From: a bacterium
GTDB taxonomy: Bacteria; Krumholzibacteriota; Krumholzibacteriia; G020349025
DNA length: 64,000 bases
Direction: 5' to 3'
NCBI GenBank assembly: GCA_031362565.1
Contig: JANLSU010000132.1
Span: 1-64,000, forward strand
Positions 38,005-48,497 of the stretch are shown here, piece after piece. Position numbers and translations under genes: made by a program. Under the pieces are notes generated by a model that was given only the letters and a program-made list of their open reading frames with translations, was not told the DNA's origin and ran no database searches. The stretch's first letter is position 1. Each line of letters starts with the position of its first letter.

Positions 38005-41000
38005 TCACTTGATGAGCACGGCCTTCGCACGCGTGTCCTGGCCGTCGGCCCGCAACCGCACGAAGTAGATGCCGCTCGCCAAGCGTGCTTGGCTGTTCTG
38101 GCGCACCAACCGCACCTCGTGCATGCCGGCCGGCATTGCGCCATTCAGCAACGTGTCCATGAGGCGGCCGCGCACGTCGTACAGCTCGAGGCGCACCGGG
38201 CCCGTTGCGTCCAGCCTGAAGCGCACAATGGCTTGCGGGTTGAACGGGTTCGGCTCGATGCGGAGCCGCGGTCCGTGCGCCGGCGGCGGCGGATCGTTCT
38301 CCGTGTCGGTGACCAGAGGCACCGTCACGTCGAGCGGCGCCGATGCTGCACCTTCCTGGTTGCTCGAGTTCATCGCCTTCACGGTGTAGCGATAGGTGAC
38401 CGTGGGCGTGGCGTTGGCGTCCGGGAAGACCGGCAAGTCCGCTGGAATCGTGCCGAGCAGAGTATTGGCACCGCTCGGCAGTTGCTGCCGGTACAAGTGG
38501 TAGTTGAGCACGAGACCACTCGGCGGCAGCCCCCACGTCACGCGCACGACCGGCCGGCGTGGCCCGCCGCGATACAGCTGCGGCGGCGTAAAGGGACCGG
38601 TGTACTTGAGGGTGTTCGAGATCCGCACCAGATCCATGTCGCCGGTGAAGAAGTTCGTGAGCGACCCGGGTATACGGGCTCCGAAGAACACGGACTCGTT
38701 GCCGGTGTACAACGGACCCGAATTCGTCGAGGTACCCGCCGCCGCACCGTCGATGTAGATCGTGCTGACGGACCCGGTAGGGTTGTACGTGCATGCGATG
38801 TGATGCCACGTCGTGTTGTCGGTGATGAGCGTCGTGGACGTCGTCTTCTTGAGCGTGCTGCTGCCGTTCTTGGTCCACGAGAACTCGACGGCTCCGCTAC
38901 TCAGAATGGCGATGCTGTAGTTGCGTTTCGAAGAACTGGCATCCTTCGATAGGATCGTTTGCGTGCCGGTCAGCGTACCGCGCTTGATCCAGGCCTCGAG
39001 GGTAAATGGAGTTGTAGCGAACCGCAGTTCCGGGGCATCCGCCACTTCGCAGTAGTCATTGCCGTCGAAACGCAGCGCCGGGCCTTCGAAGGCGGTGATC
39101 CAGTGCGGCTCGGCCGCATCCGCGAGTCCCAGCGCGCCGAGGCGCGCATCGTGCCCAAGCTCGGTCCCATCCTCGAGGAAAGAACCGAGACCGTCATCCA
39201 TTTCCCAGAAGCCGGGGCCGTCGAGCGATGCGGTCGCCGACGTCCAATCGAGACCCTGCGGTGCCGTTGGAATCGCGGGCGGTGAGCCTTCCCAGCGGAT
39301 CTGTGTGGTAGCTGCGCTTCCTTGTTGCGTCAGTGCGTCTTGGGCGCGAATCGAGTAGCCCAAGATTCCATCCACCGGCGCGAAGTCCGGGAACCATGGA
39401 TTGTTGAACACGGGCGGCGAGAGGTTCGTCGGCGTTCCGCCGTTGATGCCGCGCGAGACTCGATATCCGACGACACCCGCCAGGCTGGACGTCGGCGTCC
39501 AGCTCAATCGGATGTATTTCTGCGCCGCCGCCGGATACAAGAGTGGCGGCACGAAGTCGCCCGAGTAGACGGCGGTGTTCGAGATCGCCGCGAGGTCCAT
39601 CGTTCCCGCGAACTGCCGTTTGACCCGGTCGCCTTGCACAAGGGCACCGCACACGAGCGGGTAGTCGGCATCCCAGGCCGGCGCCAGCATCAGCTTGTTG
39701 GCGACCTTGTGGCCGTCGATATAGAGACGCCCTTCGCCGGCAACGGCGTCCCACACTGCGGCGATGTGATGCCAAAAACTGTCGCGCAGTTGGCCAGTCG
39801 CCTTGATGGACACATCGATGGTATCGGTCACGGACCATTGGCATTGGAGCGTGTTGCCGTTGATCTGCAGCGAGTACTCTTCGTGCACGGTGTCGGCGCG
39901 GCAGAAGATCGTGCCCGTACCAGCGCTATTCGACAAATCGGGCTTGATCCACGATTCGAGCGTAAAGCTGCTGCCCAGGAGCTTGAATGGAGCGCCGGAA
40001 GCACTCAGGTAGTCGGTGCCGTCGAAGAACAGCGCACCGTTCATGAGCCCGGGCACCCAGTGGGGATTCTTTCCGAGTGCCGAGGACCCGAGCGTCAAGG
40101 TGTGGTTGTTGCCGCTAGCGTCGGTGGCCAATGTGCCGGTCGCGTCATCGAAACGGCACAGAAGAAGCCGCGAAGCCGGCGACTCGGTCACCACCGCAGA
40201 GGCCGGATTCGTCGGCGCCACCGGTGGCGGCGCCAGCTGGCCGCCCGGATCCAATCCGCCAATGGTCGAGATCGGCCCCCAACCGCGCCAGTACGCCTTG
40301 AGGCTGGTCGTGCCGCCCTCGCACAGGATGGCAAGTGAGCCGGTCGGCAATGGCCGTTTCGATCCCGATGCGTTGTTCATCTCGATGTTCGACGCCGAGA
40401 TGACCGGCGTGGGCAAACTAAAGATCATGTCATCGAGATTTGCCACGCGCTCGTCGATCGCGTGGTTGCCGATACTGACGCAGGTTTCCCAGTGTGTGTA
40501 GAACAAATAGAGTTTGTTCAAGGTCTCGTCGATCTGCAGGACCGGGCGGGTGCCGCAGTCGAGCCCGCTGGCGCCCGTGTTGAGCGTCCAGGTGCCGTTC
40601 GTGTTGCGCCGCGCGACCCAGACGGAGTCGAAGAAGTCCTTCACCGCGAGGAAGACGCGCCCTTGGCCGTCGGCCTTCATGTTCAGGTGATCGTCGACGG
40701 TCGCAAAGCCCTGCCGGATGATCTCCAGCGGCTGCCACGTGCCGAGCGGGTCGGCGTCGTTCCGATAGCGGAAGCAGGCCCGTTCGCCGAGCTGGTCGCT
40801 CCAGGCGACGCCCATCTTGTTGCCAAACGCTACGATCGTCGTGATGTCGTCGGGATCCATCCCCGTGCCAAGCGCCAACGGCACTGAATACGTCTTGTAG
40901 TCCGCCGTCGTGTTGTACGATACGTAGGCCTTTTGCTCGGCCGCGTATGAGATCCACAAGCGTCCTACCGAATCCTTGTCGATGACGATCGTTTCCGACC

Positions 41001-41424
41001 CCGGGCGCATGGTGATGTTCACGGGGAAACCCGCCACCAGGGCGTAGTTGTCGGTGACCGGGTTGTACGTCAGCCGGTACAGCTTCGATGTCGCTGCGCC
41101 CCAAACGGCTACGAAGAGATTGGTGCCGTCCGCTTGCACATCACAGGTACCGCCCAACAGAACAGGAATCGCGGCGTTCTGCACGTCGAGCTTCTTGGTC
41201 CAGGTGGCGGTGTCCAGCTTGTAGATGCTGAGCTTCGTCGCATTATTGACACAGCACCACCAATCGTTGTTCTGGGTCCAAAGCTTGGACTGCGGCTTAT
41301 CGCTCGTCCCTTTGGTATCCGTGAAAATCGCCCCTTGCGCCCCGGCCACACCGGGAGCGACGACCAGAGCGATGGCGATGAGTGCAGCGGGCAGTATAGC
41401 CAGCTTGTTGCGAGCCCATTCCAT
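38005..41424 (-). CDS. large exported protein: propeller-like N-terminus, two LamG jelly-roll domains, FN3-like segments, FlgD-Ig/T9SS-like C-terminus
   Basis: Signal peptide; DKPQSKLW; two ALxFDGxDY...FTLExWIK...WHHIA...YIDG units; PNPFNP...ASGIY. Confidence 0.82.
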   Translation of the reverse strand: MEWARNKLAILPAALIAIALVVAPGVAGAQGAIFTDTKGTSDKPQSKLWTQNNDWWCCVNNATKLSIYKLDTATWTKKLDVQNAAIPVLLGGTCDVQADGTNLFVAVWGAATSKLYRLTYNPVTDNYALVAGFPVNITMRPGSETIVIDKDSVGRLWISYAAEQKAYVSYNTTADYKTYSVPLALGTGMDPDDITTIVAFGNKMGVAWSDQLGERACFRYRNDADPLGTWQPLEIIRQGFATVDDHLNMKADGQGRVFLAVKDFFDSVWVARRNTNGTWTLNTGASGLDCGTRPVLQIDETLNKLYLFYTHWETCVSIGNHAIDERVANLDDMIFSLPTPVISASNIEMNNASGSKRPLPTGSLAILCEGGTTSLKAYWRGWGPISTIGGLDPGGQLAPPPVAPTNPASAVVTESPASRLLLCRFDDATGTLATDASGNNHTLTLGSSALGKNPHWVPGLMNGALFFDGTDYLSASGAPFKLLGSSFTLESWIKPDLSNSAGTGTIFCRADTVHEEYSLQINGNTLQCQWSVTDTIDVSIKATGQLRDSFWHHIAAVWDAVAGEGRLYIDGHKVANKLMLAPAWDADYPLVCGALVQGDRVKRQFAGTMDLAAISNTAVYSGDFVPPLLYPAAAQKYIRLSWTPTSSLAGVVGYRVSRGINGGTPTNLSPPVFNNPWFPDFAPVDGILGYSIRAQDALTQQGSAATTQIRWEGSPPAIPTAPQGLDWTSATASLDGPGFWEMDDGLGSFLEDGTELGHDARLGALGLADAAEPHWITAFEGPALRFDGNDYCEVADAPELRFATTPFTLEAWIKRGTLTGTQTILSKDASSSKRNYSIAILSSGAVEFSWTKNGSSTLKKTTSTTLITDNTTWHHIACTYNPTGSVSTIYIDGAAAGTSTNSGPLYTGNESVFFGARIPGSLTNFFTGDMDLVRISNTLKYTGPFTPPQLYRGGPRRPVVRVTWGLPPSGLVLNYHLYRQQLPSGANTLLGTIPADLPVFPDANATPTVTYRYTVKAMNSSNQEGAASAPLDVTVPLVTDTENDPPPPAHGPRLRIEPNPFNPQAIVRFRLDATGPVRLELYDVRGRLMDTLLNGAMPAGMHEVRLVRQNSQARLASGIYFVRLRADGQDTRAKAVLIK

Positions 41425-41774
41425 GGCAGATCGACTCCGATTCAATCGTTCCCATTGTTGTGATGACAAGCGTGCAACACGACATCCCTGTGTGCGCGCG
41501 ATGTCTGGATTGTACACCAATTCCCGAAGCGGTTCCAGTCGTAGAAACGAAAATCGCTACATTGTCGGGCTGTAAACACCGCGCAGCGCACCGATTCGTC
41601 GCCAACGATTGCACTGCTGGTTTTTTTCACGCAAGACGTTCGAGAAATCCACCGCCGCTCATGGAATCAACAGGGAATCATCGGACATTGTTCGCACGCC
41701 GTCGCAGCAATGACTCTATACACCGTGCATCCGTTGCATACATTTGAAGTGTGGTTGAAGCCGCCTGAACGAAT

Positions 41775-42461
41775 TCAGCCTGGCAGGCGGTAACCGACCT
41801 TTTGCACGGTCTCGATCCACTCGGGGCCGATTTTCTGGCGCAGCTTGGCGACGTGGTTGTCGACGGTGCGGGTATTCGGCGGGTTGTCGGCCGGGTAGCC
41901 CCAAACATCGTGGAGCAACTGCTCGCGGGTGACGACTTCGCCACGATGCCGCAAGAACAGCCGCAACATTTCATATTCCTTCAGCGCCAGCGGCACCGTC
42001 GCACCCTCGCGGCGGACTTCGCGCTGCGCAAAATCCACTTCGACTTCGCCCAAATGCAGCACCGTCTCCTCGGCTGCCGCATCCGGCGCGGCGCGCTTCA
42101 ACACCGCTTGGACCCTTGCCAGGAGTTCGTGGACACTAAAGGGCTTTGTGACGTAGTCGTCGGCACCAAGACGAAAGCCGTGCAGCTTGTCCGATTCGAG
42201 ACTCTTCGATGTCAGCAGGATGACCGGCAGGCGTGGGTGGGTGCGCCGCAGCTCGACGAGCACCGCGAACCCATCGACTTGCGGCAGCATGACGTCGAGC
42301 AGCACGAGATCCAGCCGCAGCTTTTCGATCTTCTGCAGCGCATCGCGGCCGTCCACCGCGCCGACCGTCTCGTAACCCTCGAACTCGAGATTGTGGCGCA
42401 GCCCGAGGAGCATCGCCTCCTCGTCCTCGACCACCAGAATCAAGCGCTTTGCCTCTGCCAC
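41775..42461 (-). CDS. OmpR-family response regulator
   Basis: [31 protein letters not shown]. Confidence 0.95.
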   Translation of the reverse strand: MAEAKRLILVVEDEEAMLLGLRHNLEFEGYETVGAVDGRDALQKIEKLRLDLVLLDVMLPQVDGFAVLVELRRTHPRLPVILLTSKSLESDKLHGFRLGADDYVTKPFSVHELLARVQAVLKRAAPDAAAEETVLHLGEVEVDFAQREVRREGATVPLALKEYEMLRLFLRHRGEVVTREQLLHDVWGYPADNPPNTRTVDNHVAKLRQKIGPEWIETVQKVGYRLPG

Positions 42462-44209
42462 GGTTCACCCGCTTCCGGAGCCGCGACCGCGTCCGGCGGC
42501 GCCACCGCTTCCCGCACCGGCAGCCACAGCGTGAATGTGCTGCCCTCACCGGGGCGGCTCTCGACCTCGACGCGCCCGCCATGCGCCTCGGCGACGTGCT
42601 TCACGACCGCGAGCCCAAGGCCCGAACCCTTCACGTCGTGCAGCAAGCCCTTTTCGATACGGTAGAAGGCTTCGAAGATCTTGCCGCGTTCGGCGGCCGG
42701 AATGCCGATGCCGTGATCGCGGACCCGAATCGCGAGTTCCGGACCCGCCGGCGCCGCGGCCACGGCGCCGCCCGCATCGACTGCATCGCCCGCACCGCTC
42801 GGCCACTGCACCGACACTTCGATGCGCCGGTCCTGGCCCGAATACTTGACGGCATTGTCGAGCAGATTGAGAACCGCTTGGCCCAGCGCATCGCGGTCCA
42901 AGGACATCGTTGGCAATGGGTCGGCGGCCTCCAGCGACAGCTCGAATCCCTTGTCGCGCAACTGGTACGCATACGAATCCACTACACCGCGCACCACCGC
43001 GCCCACCGGCGCCGGTGCGAAGGTGTAGCGCCGCCGCCCCTGCTCGATGCGCGAGAAATCGAGAATATTATGGATCAAAGCCCCCAGCCGCACCGTCTCG
43101 CGGTGAATGATGTCCAGGAAGCGATCCGACTCCCCGCGGTCGCGCACCCGTCCTTGCCGCAGAGTCTCGGTATACAGTTGAATGGCCGCCAGCGGCGTCT
43201 TGAGTTCGTGCGTGATATTGGACACGAAGTGCGACTTGAGGCGCGAGAGTTCCATCTGTCGCAGGCTGAACCGAATCATGAACAGCGTCCCGAGAACGGC
43301 CAGGAGTGCCGCGATCCCGAGCACCACAACCTGCAGCGTCAGCACCCGCTTCGACCACGCGAAGCCGCTCGCCTTCGTGTAGGTGATCCGCACGTGCCAG
43401 CCGGGGAAAAGGTCGGTGATCGGCGCCTGGGCTAGAAACCGCCGCCCGCCGCCGGCTTCGTCGGTGTCGTTCTCGTGGCGGTGCGTATACACCTCGTGTC
43501 CCGCCTCGTCGTTGACGACGAACGTCAGCACACGCCCAAAGTCGGGCGAGAAACGGTCCTCCGCCGCATGAATCGTCGTGTTCAGGATGTGGCCGACGAC
43601 ATCGCGCCGCACTGTGTCCTCGTTGAGGAAGAAGCCCATGACACCGCGCGGCAGGTTGTTCGAGTCGCGGGCTGGGAAAGCCACGACCTGATAGGGCGCC
43701 CCGTCATCGCTGCCAACGTAAAAATGAATGTCGCCGGACAACAGAACGTGCTGCACCGCGCCGTTGTCGAGGACGTGATGCACGATGCGGTCGGCGCGCG
43801 CGCTGCGTTCGGCGAGCGTGGCCGCCATGCAGCTATCGCTCGGTACGTGCGCCCGCCGCCCGAAGACCACACTGCCGTCGCCACAAGCCAGGAACGCGTT
43901 GTCGATGAGCGGGTATTCGAGCTCGGCGCGCCGCAGTTCCATTTCCGGCACGAAGGAGTCGGTAAACGACACGAGTTGCAGGTACGACGCGATGGAGCGT
44001 TCGTCGTCGGTGACCTGCCGGACGATCTCGTCGGCGGCGTACTGCACGGAAAACCGGCTGTAGTCCTGCAGGATTTCGTTCTGGAAGTGGAAGAGGCGTT
44101 TGACGAGGTCGAAGCCGACCAACGTCAACACCAAGGTCGGCAGGAGAATACCGGCGATGGCCAGCGTCACGACGCTACGGCGCGAAATCCGAAGGTGGGG
44201 ACGGCGCAT
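42440..44209 (-). CDS. sensor histidine kinase (two TM helices, periplasmic sensor)
   Basis: [30 protein letters not shown]. Confidence 0.95.
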   Translation of the reverse strand: MRRPHLRISRRSVVTLAIAGILLPTLVLTLVGFDLVKRLFHFQNEILQDYSRFSVQYAADEIVRQVTDDERSIASYLQLVSFTDSFVPEMELRRAELEYPLIDNAFLACGDGSVVFGRRAHVPSDSCMAATLAERSARADRIVHHVLDNGAVQHVLLSGDIHFYVGSDDGAPYQVVAFPARDSNNLPRGVMGFFLNEDTVRRDVVGHILNTTIHAAEDRFSPDFGRVLTFVVNDEAGHEVYTHRHENDTDEAGGGRRFLAQAPITDLFPGWHVRITYTKASGFAWSKRVLTLQVVVLGIAALLAVLGTLFMIRFSLRQMELSRLKSHFVSNITHELKTPLAAIQLYTETLRQGRVRDRGESDRFLDIIHRETVRLGALIHNILDFSRIEQGRRRYTFAPAPVGAVVRGVVDSYAYQLRDKGFELSLEAADPLPTMSLDRDALGQAVLNLLDNAVKYSGQDRRIEVSVQWPSGAGDAVDAGGAVAAAPAGPELAIRVRDHGIGIPAAERGKIFEAFYRIEKGLLHDVKGSGLGLAVVKHVAEAHGGRVEVESRPGEGSTFTLWLPVREAVAPPDAVAAPEAGEPWQRQSA

Positions 44210-44281
44210 GCGCAGGCACTCCTCGGCCCCAGCGGGGCTCGCGACAAGTGTAGCGCGTGGCGCGCCGGGGGGCGATGCGCT

Positions 44282-44866
44282 CTAGAATCGCGCCGGAACC
44301 AACTGGGTGGCGCGCAACGCGGCGAAGATCTGTTTGACGATCTCCGGGCTCGTGGAGGTGTACACGAGTTCCACACCGGTCGGAATACGGTGCGCCGAGA
44401 TGTGCAGGTCGCGCAGCATTTCACTGCGCGCCCGGCACGCGGCACACAAATGAGTATTCTCACCCGTGCGGAGCGTTTGCACGAGTTCGCCGCGGGCCAC
44501 GGCCGCTTTCCAGAGGAGTTCGCGGGCATCCGGATCGTTGGCGGTAGCGCGCACCGCGATCCCATCCGGCAGGAGCTGGGATTCGAGATGAATACCGGCG
44601 AGCGGGATCCGGCCCGTCGTCCCATCCGCGAGTTTGCAGGCAGCGCAATCGCGCGGCGTCACGTCGGGGTCGAGCTGCGCCGGAACTTCGCGCTGCGGCG
44701 CGGTGAGACGCGGCGATGGAACCGGTGGATCGAGACGCGATGCGGCCGGTTTGGCTTCGGCGGCTATTGCCGCGACCAACGCGACGAACGCCAGGCCAAC
44801 CGTCAACCAACGCAGCGTCGAAGTCCGACTTCCGAAAATTTCGGGGCGAGACGGAACGTTCCGCAT
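44282..44866 (-). CDS. exported hypothetical protein with two CAAC motifs
   Basis: AAGGGGG RBS; signal peptide; internal duplication, each half starting with CxxC. Confidence 0.7.
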   Translation of the reverse strand: MRNVPSRPEIFGSRTSTLRWLTVGLAFVALVAAIAAEAKPAASRLDPPVPSPRLTAPQREVPAQLDPDVTPRDCAACKLADGTTGRIPLAGIHLESQLLPDGIAVRATANDPDARELLWKAAVARGELVQTLRTGENTHLCAACRARSEMLRDLHISAHRIPTGVELVYTSTSPEIVKQIFAALRATQLVPARF

Positions 44867-45050
44867 AGGATCCCCCTTCACTTCAGAGACCAGGCTTCTC
44901 CGGAGAACGCCGTTTGGGCCGTTCGGGTTGCAGCGCGCCACCAGCCGCGTCGTGCCGCCAAGATAAGCAAAGAGTACGACTTGCGCACCTTGTGAAAGGT
45001 CACGGGCTTGTAATTTTTCTGTCGCGACAGCGGGCGGGCCTGGAAAGGGC

Positions 45051-47576
45051 CTACCGGGCACCGGGGACGGCCAGCGACGGGGCGCCCAGATAGCCGGCCA
45101 GCCGCAGGAGGTCGGCGAACACACCGCCCGCCGTGACTTCCGGCCCGGCGCCTGGGCCCCGGACGATGAGCGGCTGGGTCGAATACCGGTCGGTTGTAAA
45201 GGCGACCAGGTTATCGGTCGCCGTGAGCCCGCCGAAGGCATGCTCCCGCGGGTACGTTTCAAGCCGCACCCGGGCGGCCGGACCCGCCGGATCGACGACC
45301 CCGACATAGCGCAGCACCTGGCCGGAGCGCCGGGCCGCCTCGAACCGGTCCTGCATCGCCCGGTCGTGCTCCGGCAGTGCGGCCAGAAAATCCTCGATCT
45401 CCATGGCGCCCCGTAGCGCCGCCGGCACCAGGCTCTCGACCTCGACCGCATCCAGCTCTAAATCGAGGCCGATCTCCCGCGCCAGGATGATGAGTTTGCG
45501 CGCCACATCCATGCCGGAGAGGTCGTCGCGTGGATCGGGCTCGGTCCAGCCGCTGGTCCGCGCATCCCGCACCAACTGCGAGAACGGTGTCGTGCCGTCG
45601 TAGACGTTGAACAGATAGCTGAGCGTGCCCGATAGCACGCCTTCGATGCGGCGTACTCGATCGCCGGTCTGGATGAGGTCACGGAGCGTCGTGATGATCG
45701 GCAGTCCGGCGCCGACGGTCGCTTCGTACAGATAGTGGGTGCGATGCCGGCTGCCCAATTCGCGCAGGCGTCGGTAGTCGTGCATCGCACCGCTATTCGC
45801 TTTCTTGTTCGGGGTCACGACATGAATGCCGCGGGTGAGCCACTCGGCGTAGTGCGCCGCAACTTCCGCGCTCGCCGTGCAATCGACGATCACCGCATGT
45901 GGCACGTGATCGGCCTGCACGTGGGCCGCGAACGCCGCCAGATCGGTTGGCACACCATGGCCGTCGAACGCGGCGCGCCAGTTCGTGAGATCCGTCCAGC
46001 GCGGCTCCAACAGCATGCGGGCGCCGCGCGCGATGCCGCGGACGCGCAAATCGATGCGGAAACGTTCGTGCAGCGCCTGTTGCTGGGTCGCCAGTTGCTG
46101 CAGAAACGCCGCGCCGACGTTGCCGGGGCCGATGACACCCACCGAAAGGGTCTGATCCGAAAGATAGAACCCCGCATGCACGGCGCGCAGCGCCCGCGGT
46201 GCATCGGCGCCGGCGATGACCGCGGTGATGTTGCGCTCCGACGAACCCTGCGCCACAGCGCGGACATTCACTCCGGCTTTGCCGAGCGCCCCGAAGAAAC
46301 GCGCCGCCACCCCCGGCGTGTGCGCCATCGCATCACCCACGGCGGCCAAAATCGCGCAACCTGGCGTGACCGCGACCCGCTGGATCTGTCCATGATGCAG
46401 TTCGCCGAAAAATGCCTCTTCGATCGCCCGCCGGGCGCGCGTTGCTTGGTCCTCGGGCACCGCGACGCAAATCGAATGCTCGCTGCTCGCCTGGCTGATC
46501 ATGATCACCGACACGCCCACCGCCTGCAGCGCACCGAACATACGCCGTGCCACGCCGGGCACCCCGATCATGCCGCTGCCCTCGACATCCACCAGCGCCA
46601 GGTCGGTCACGGTGGAGAAACCGCGCACCGCTTCCGCGATGTGCGTCGCGCGCGGCTGGAACTCGCGCCGGCCAATGTGGGTGCCGGGCGCCGAGGGATT
46701 GCGGCTGTTGCGGATCCACAGCGGAATGTTCTTGCGCACCGCCGGCTCCATGGTGTGCGGATGCAGCACCTTGGCGCCGAAGTACGCGAGTTCCATGGCC
46801 TCGTCATACGAAAGCTCCGGCAGCACGAAAGCTTCCGGTACGAGCCGCGGGTCGGCCGTCAATACGCCATCCACATCGGTCCAGATGATGGCGCGTTCGG
46901 CATCGAGGAGTGCCGCGAAGATCGACGCCGAAAAATCCGAGCCATTGCGGCCGAGCGTGGTCGGCGCGCCCTCGGGCGTCGAGGCGACAAAACCCGTCAC
47001 GACAATGATGTGCTGCGGATGCGCGCCGAGCCAGGCGTTGAGTTTCTTGGTGGACACGTCCCAGTCGACGACCGGACCGGTTTCGCCCTGCGTTACGACG
47101 AGGACGTCACGCGCGTCGAGTGCCGTCGCGTCGGCGCCGGCGGCGCGCAAGGCGGCCGCGAAGAGCGGCGCGTTCCATAGCTCACCATGGCCGGACACGA
47201 GTTCGCGCATTGGGTCCGGGACGCTCTTCAAGAGCGCGAGCGCTCGGAGTGCATCCGTCAGTTCGGTAACGTTCGCGGTAATGGATTTTAGAATCGCGTC
47301 GAGGTCGGCGCCGGTTAGCAACGCGGCGGCGGCAGCGCGGTGGCGCGCGGCGAGCGCTTCGAGCCGGATGATCCAGGCCTCGTTGCCGGCGGCAGCAAGC
47401 CGCGCCAGCGCCAACAGTTCGTCGGTGATGCCGGCCATCGCCGAGACGACGACGCACGGGCGCCGCGCCGGGTCGGAGGCGCGAACGAGGCCCACCGCGT
47501 TGCGGATCGCAGTGGCGTCCGTAACGCTCGTGCCGCCGAACTTGTGGACAATCCAGGAACCCGCCGGCAATTCCAT
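45051..47576 (-). CDS. thrA: bifunctional aspartate kinase/homoserine dehydrogenase I
   Basis: HKFGGTSV, TTLGRNGSD, two ACT domains, GPGNVG, YEATVGAGLP, EPDPRDDLSG, GPGAG. Confidence 0.95.
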   Translation of the reverse strand: MELPAGSWIVHKFGGTSVTDATAIRNAVGLVRASDPARRPCVVVSAMAGITDELLALARLAAAGNEAWIIRLEALAARHRAAAAALLTGADLDAILKSITANVTELTDALRALALLKSVPDPMRELVSGHGELWNAPLFAAALRAAGADATALDARDVLVVTQGETGPVVDWDVSTKKLNAWLGAHPQHIIVVTGFVASTPEGAPTTLGRNGSDFSASIFAALLDAERAIIWTDVDGVLTADPRLVPEAFVLPELSYDEAMELAYFGAKVLHPHTMEPAVRKNIPLWIRNSRNPSAPGTHIGRREFQPRATHIAEAVRGFSTVTDLALVDVEGSGMIGVPGVARRMFGALQAVGVSVIMISQASSEHSICVAVPEDQATRARRAIEEAFFGELHHGQIQRVAVTPGCAILAAVGDAMAHTPGVAARFFGALGKAGVNVRAVAQGSSERNITAVIAGADAPRALRAVHAGFYLSDQTLSVGVIGPGNVGAAFLQQLATQQQALHERFRIDLRVRGIARGARMLLEPRWTDLTNWRAAFDGHGVPTDLAAFAAHVQADHVPHAVIVDCTASAEVAAHYAEWLTRGIHVVTPNKKANSGAMHDYRRLRELGSRHRTHYLYEATVGAGLPIITTLRDLIQTGDRVRRIEGVLSGTLSYLFNVYDGTTPFSQLVRDARTSGWTEPDPRDDLSGMDVARKLIILAREIGLDLELDAVEVESLVPAALRGAMEIEDFLAALPEHDRAMQDRFEAARRSGQVLRYVGVVDPAGPAARVRLETYPREHAFGGLTATDNLVAFTTDRYSTQPLIVRGPGAGPEVTAGGVFADLLRLAGYLGAPSLAVPGAR

Positions 47577-47825
47577 ACGGGGGAAAGCTCCTTGCGCTCT
47601 TGGGACCGGCGCGGATGGTACCGCATCGCGCTAACGGCCGGTGGGCTGAGGTGGTGCGAACGCGGCGAGCCTGCGGGCCCGGTCGGCATAGAGGCCGAGC
47701 GAGAAGCGCGCGAAGCCATCCCGGCCAACCAAGGGCGGCCGCGGCGGATCGAAAATCGGTTATTCTGTGGATCGCTTCCTCGCCCGCACCCGACTGCACG
47801 TTCCGCCTGCCCGGAGGGGTCCGCG

Positions 47826-48497
47826 TTGATCGTCTACTTCGCCGGCATCGCAGCGGGACTCGTCCACGTCCTCACCGGCCCGGACCACTTGGCGGCACTG
47901 ACGCCGCTCGCCGCGTCGCGGCCGCGTCAGAGCGTTCGCGCCGGTGTGGAATGGGGCCTGGGTCATACGGGCGGCGTTGCACTCGTGGCCTTGCTCGGCA
48001 TTCTGCTGCGCGGTGTTCTGCCACTCGACCGACTGTCATCGTGGAGCGAACGTGGGGTGGGAATCGTGCTCATCGCCATCGGTCTTTGGGGCCTGCGCGC
48101 TGCGTTCTCCACCCGGGTGCATGCGCACGAGCACGAGCACGAGGGACATCCGCATGCGCATGTGCATGCCCATGCACAACCGCATGCTGCCGCGAATGCG
48201 GTGCCCGCGCACCGTCACTCGCACGCGGCTTTCGGGGTCGGGATCCTGCACGGACTCGCCGGTAGCTCGCATTTTCTGGGTGTACTTCCGGCGCTCGCGT
48301 TACCGTCCGCGGCCGCGGCCGGCGTCTACGTACTCGGCTTTGGCACCGGCAGCGTCGCGGCAATGGCCGCCTATTCGGCGTGTGTCGGCGCACTTGCATT
48401 GCGCAGCCGCCGCGGGCCCGCGCAGGCCTATCGCCTGCTTCTGGGCGGGGCCGCGACGGCAGCCCTTGTCGTCGGTTGCTTCTGGCTACGCCCTTGA
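47826..48497 (+). CDS. UreH/NiCoT-like nickel/cobalt transporter with His-rich loop
   Basis: HVLTGPDHL, WGLGH, HAHEHEHEGHPHAHVHAH, GILHGLAG; GGAGGG RBS before TTG. Confidence 0.8.
   Translation: MIVYFAGIAAGLVHVLTGPDHLAALTPLAASRPRQSVRAGVEWGLGHTGGVALVALLGILLRGVLPLDRLSSWSERGVGIVLIAIGLWGLRAAFSTRVHAHEHEHEGHPHAHVHAHAQPHAAANAVPAHRHSHAAFGVGILHGLAGSSHFLGVLPALALPSAAAAGVYVLGFGTGSVAAMAAYSACVGALALRSRRGPAQAYRLLLGGAATAALVVGCFWLRP

Noticed and set aside
44990..45020. TGTGA-AAGG-TCACG palindrome upstream of the double-CxxC gene
   Set aside because: Spacer is 4 nt rather than the 6 nt of CRP/FNR sites; too weak to call without comparative data
47577..47825. Thr attenuator or riboswitch upstream of thrA
   Set aside because: No Thr/Ile-rich leader peptide, U-tract terminator or recognisable riboswitch core seen
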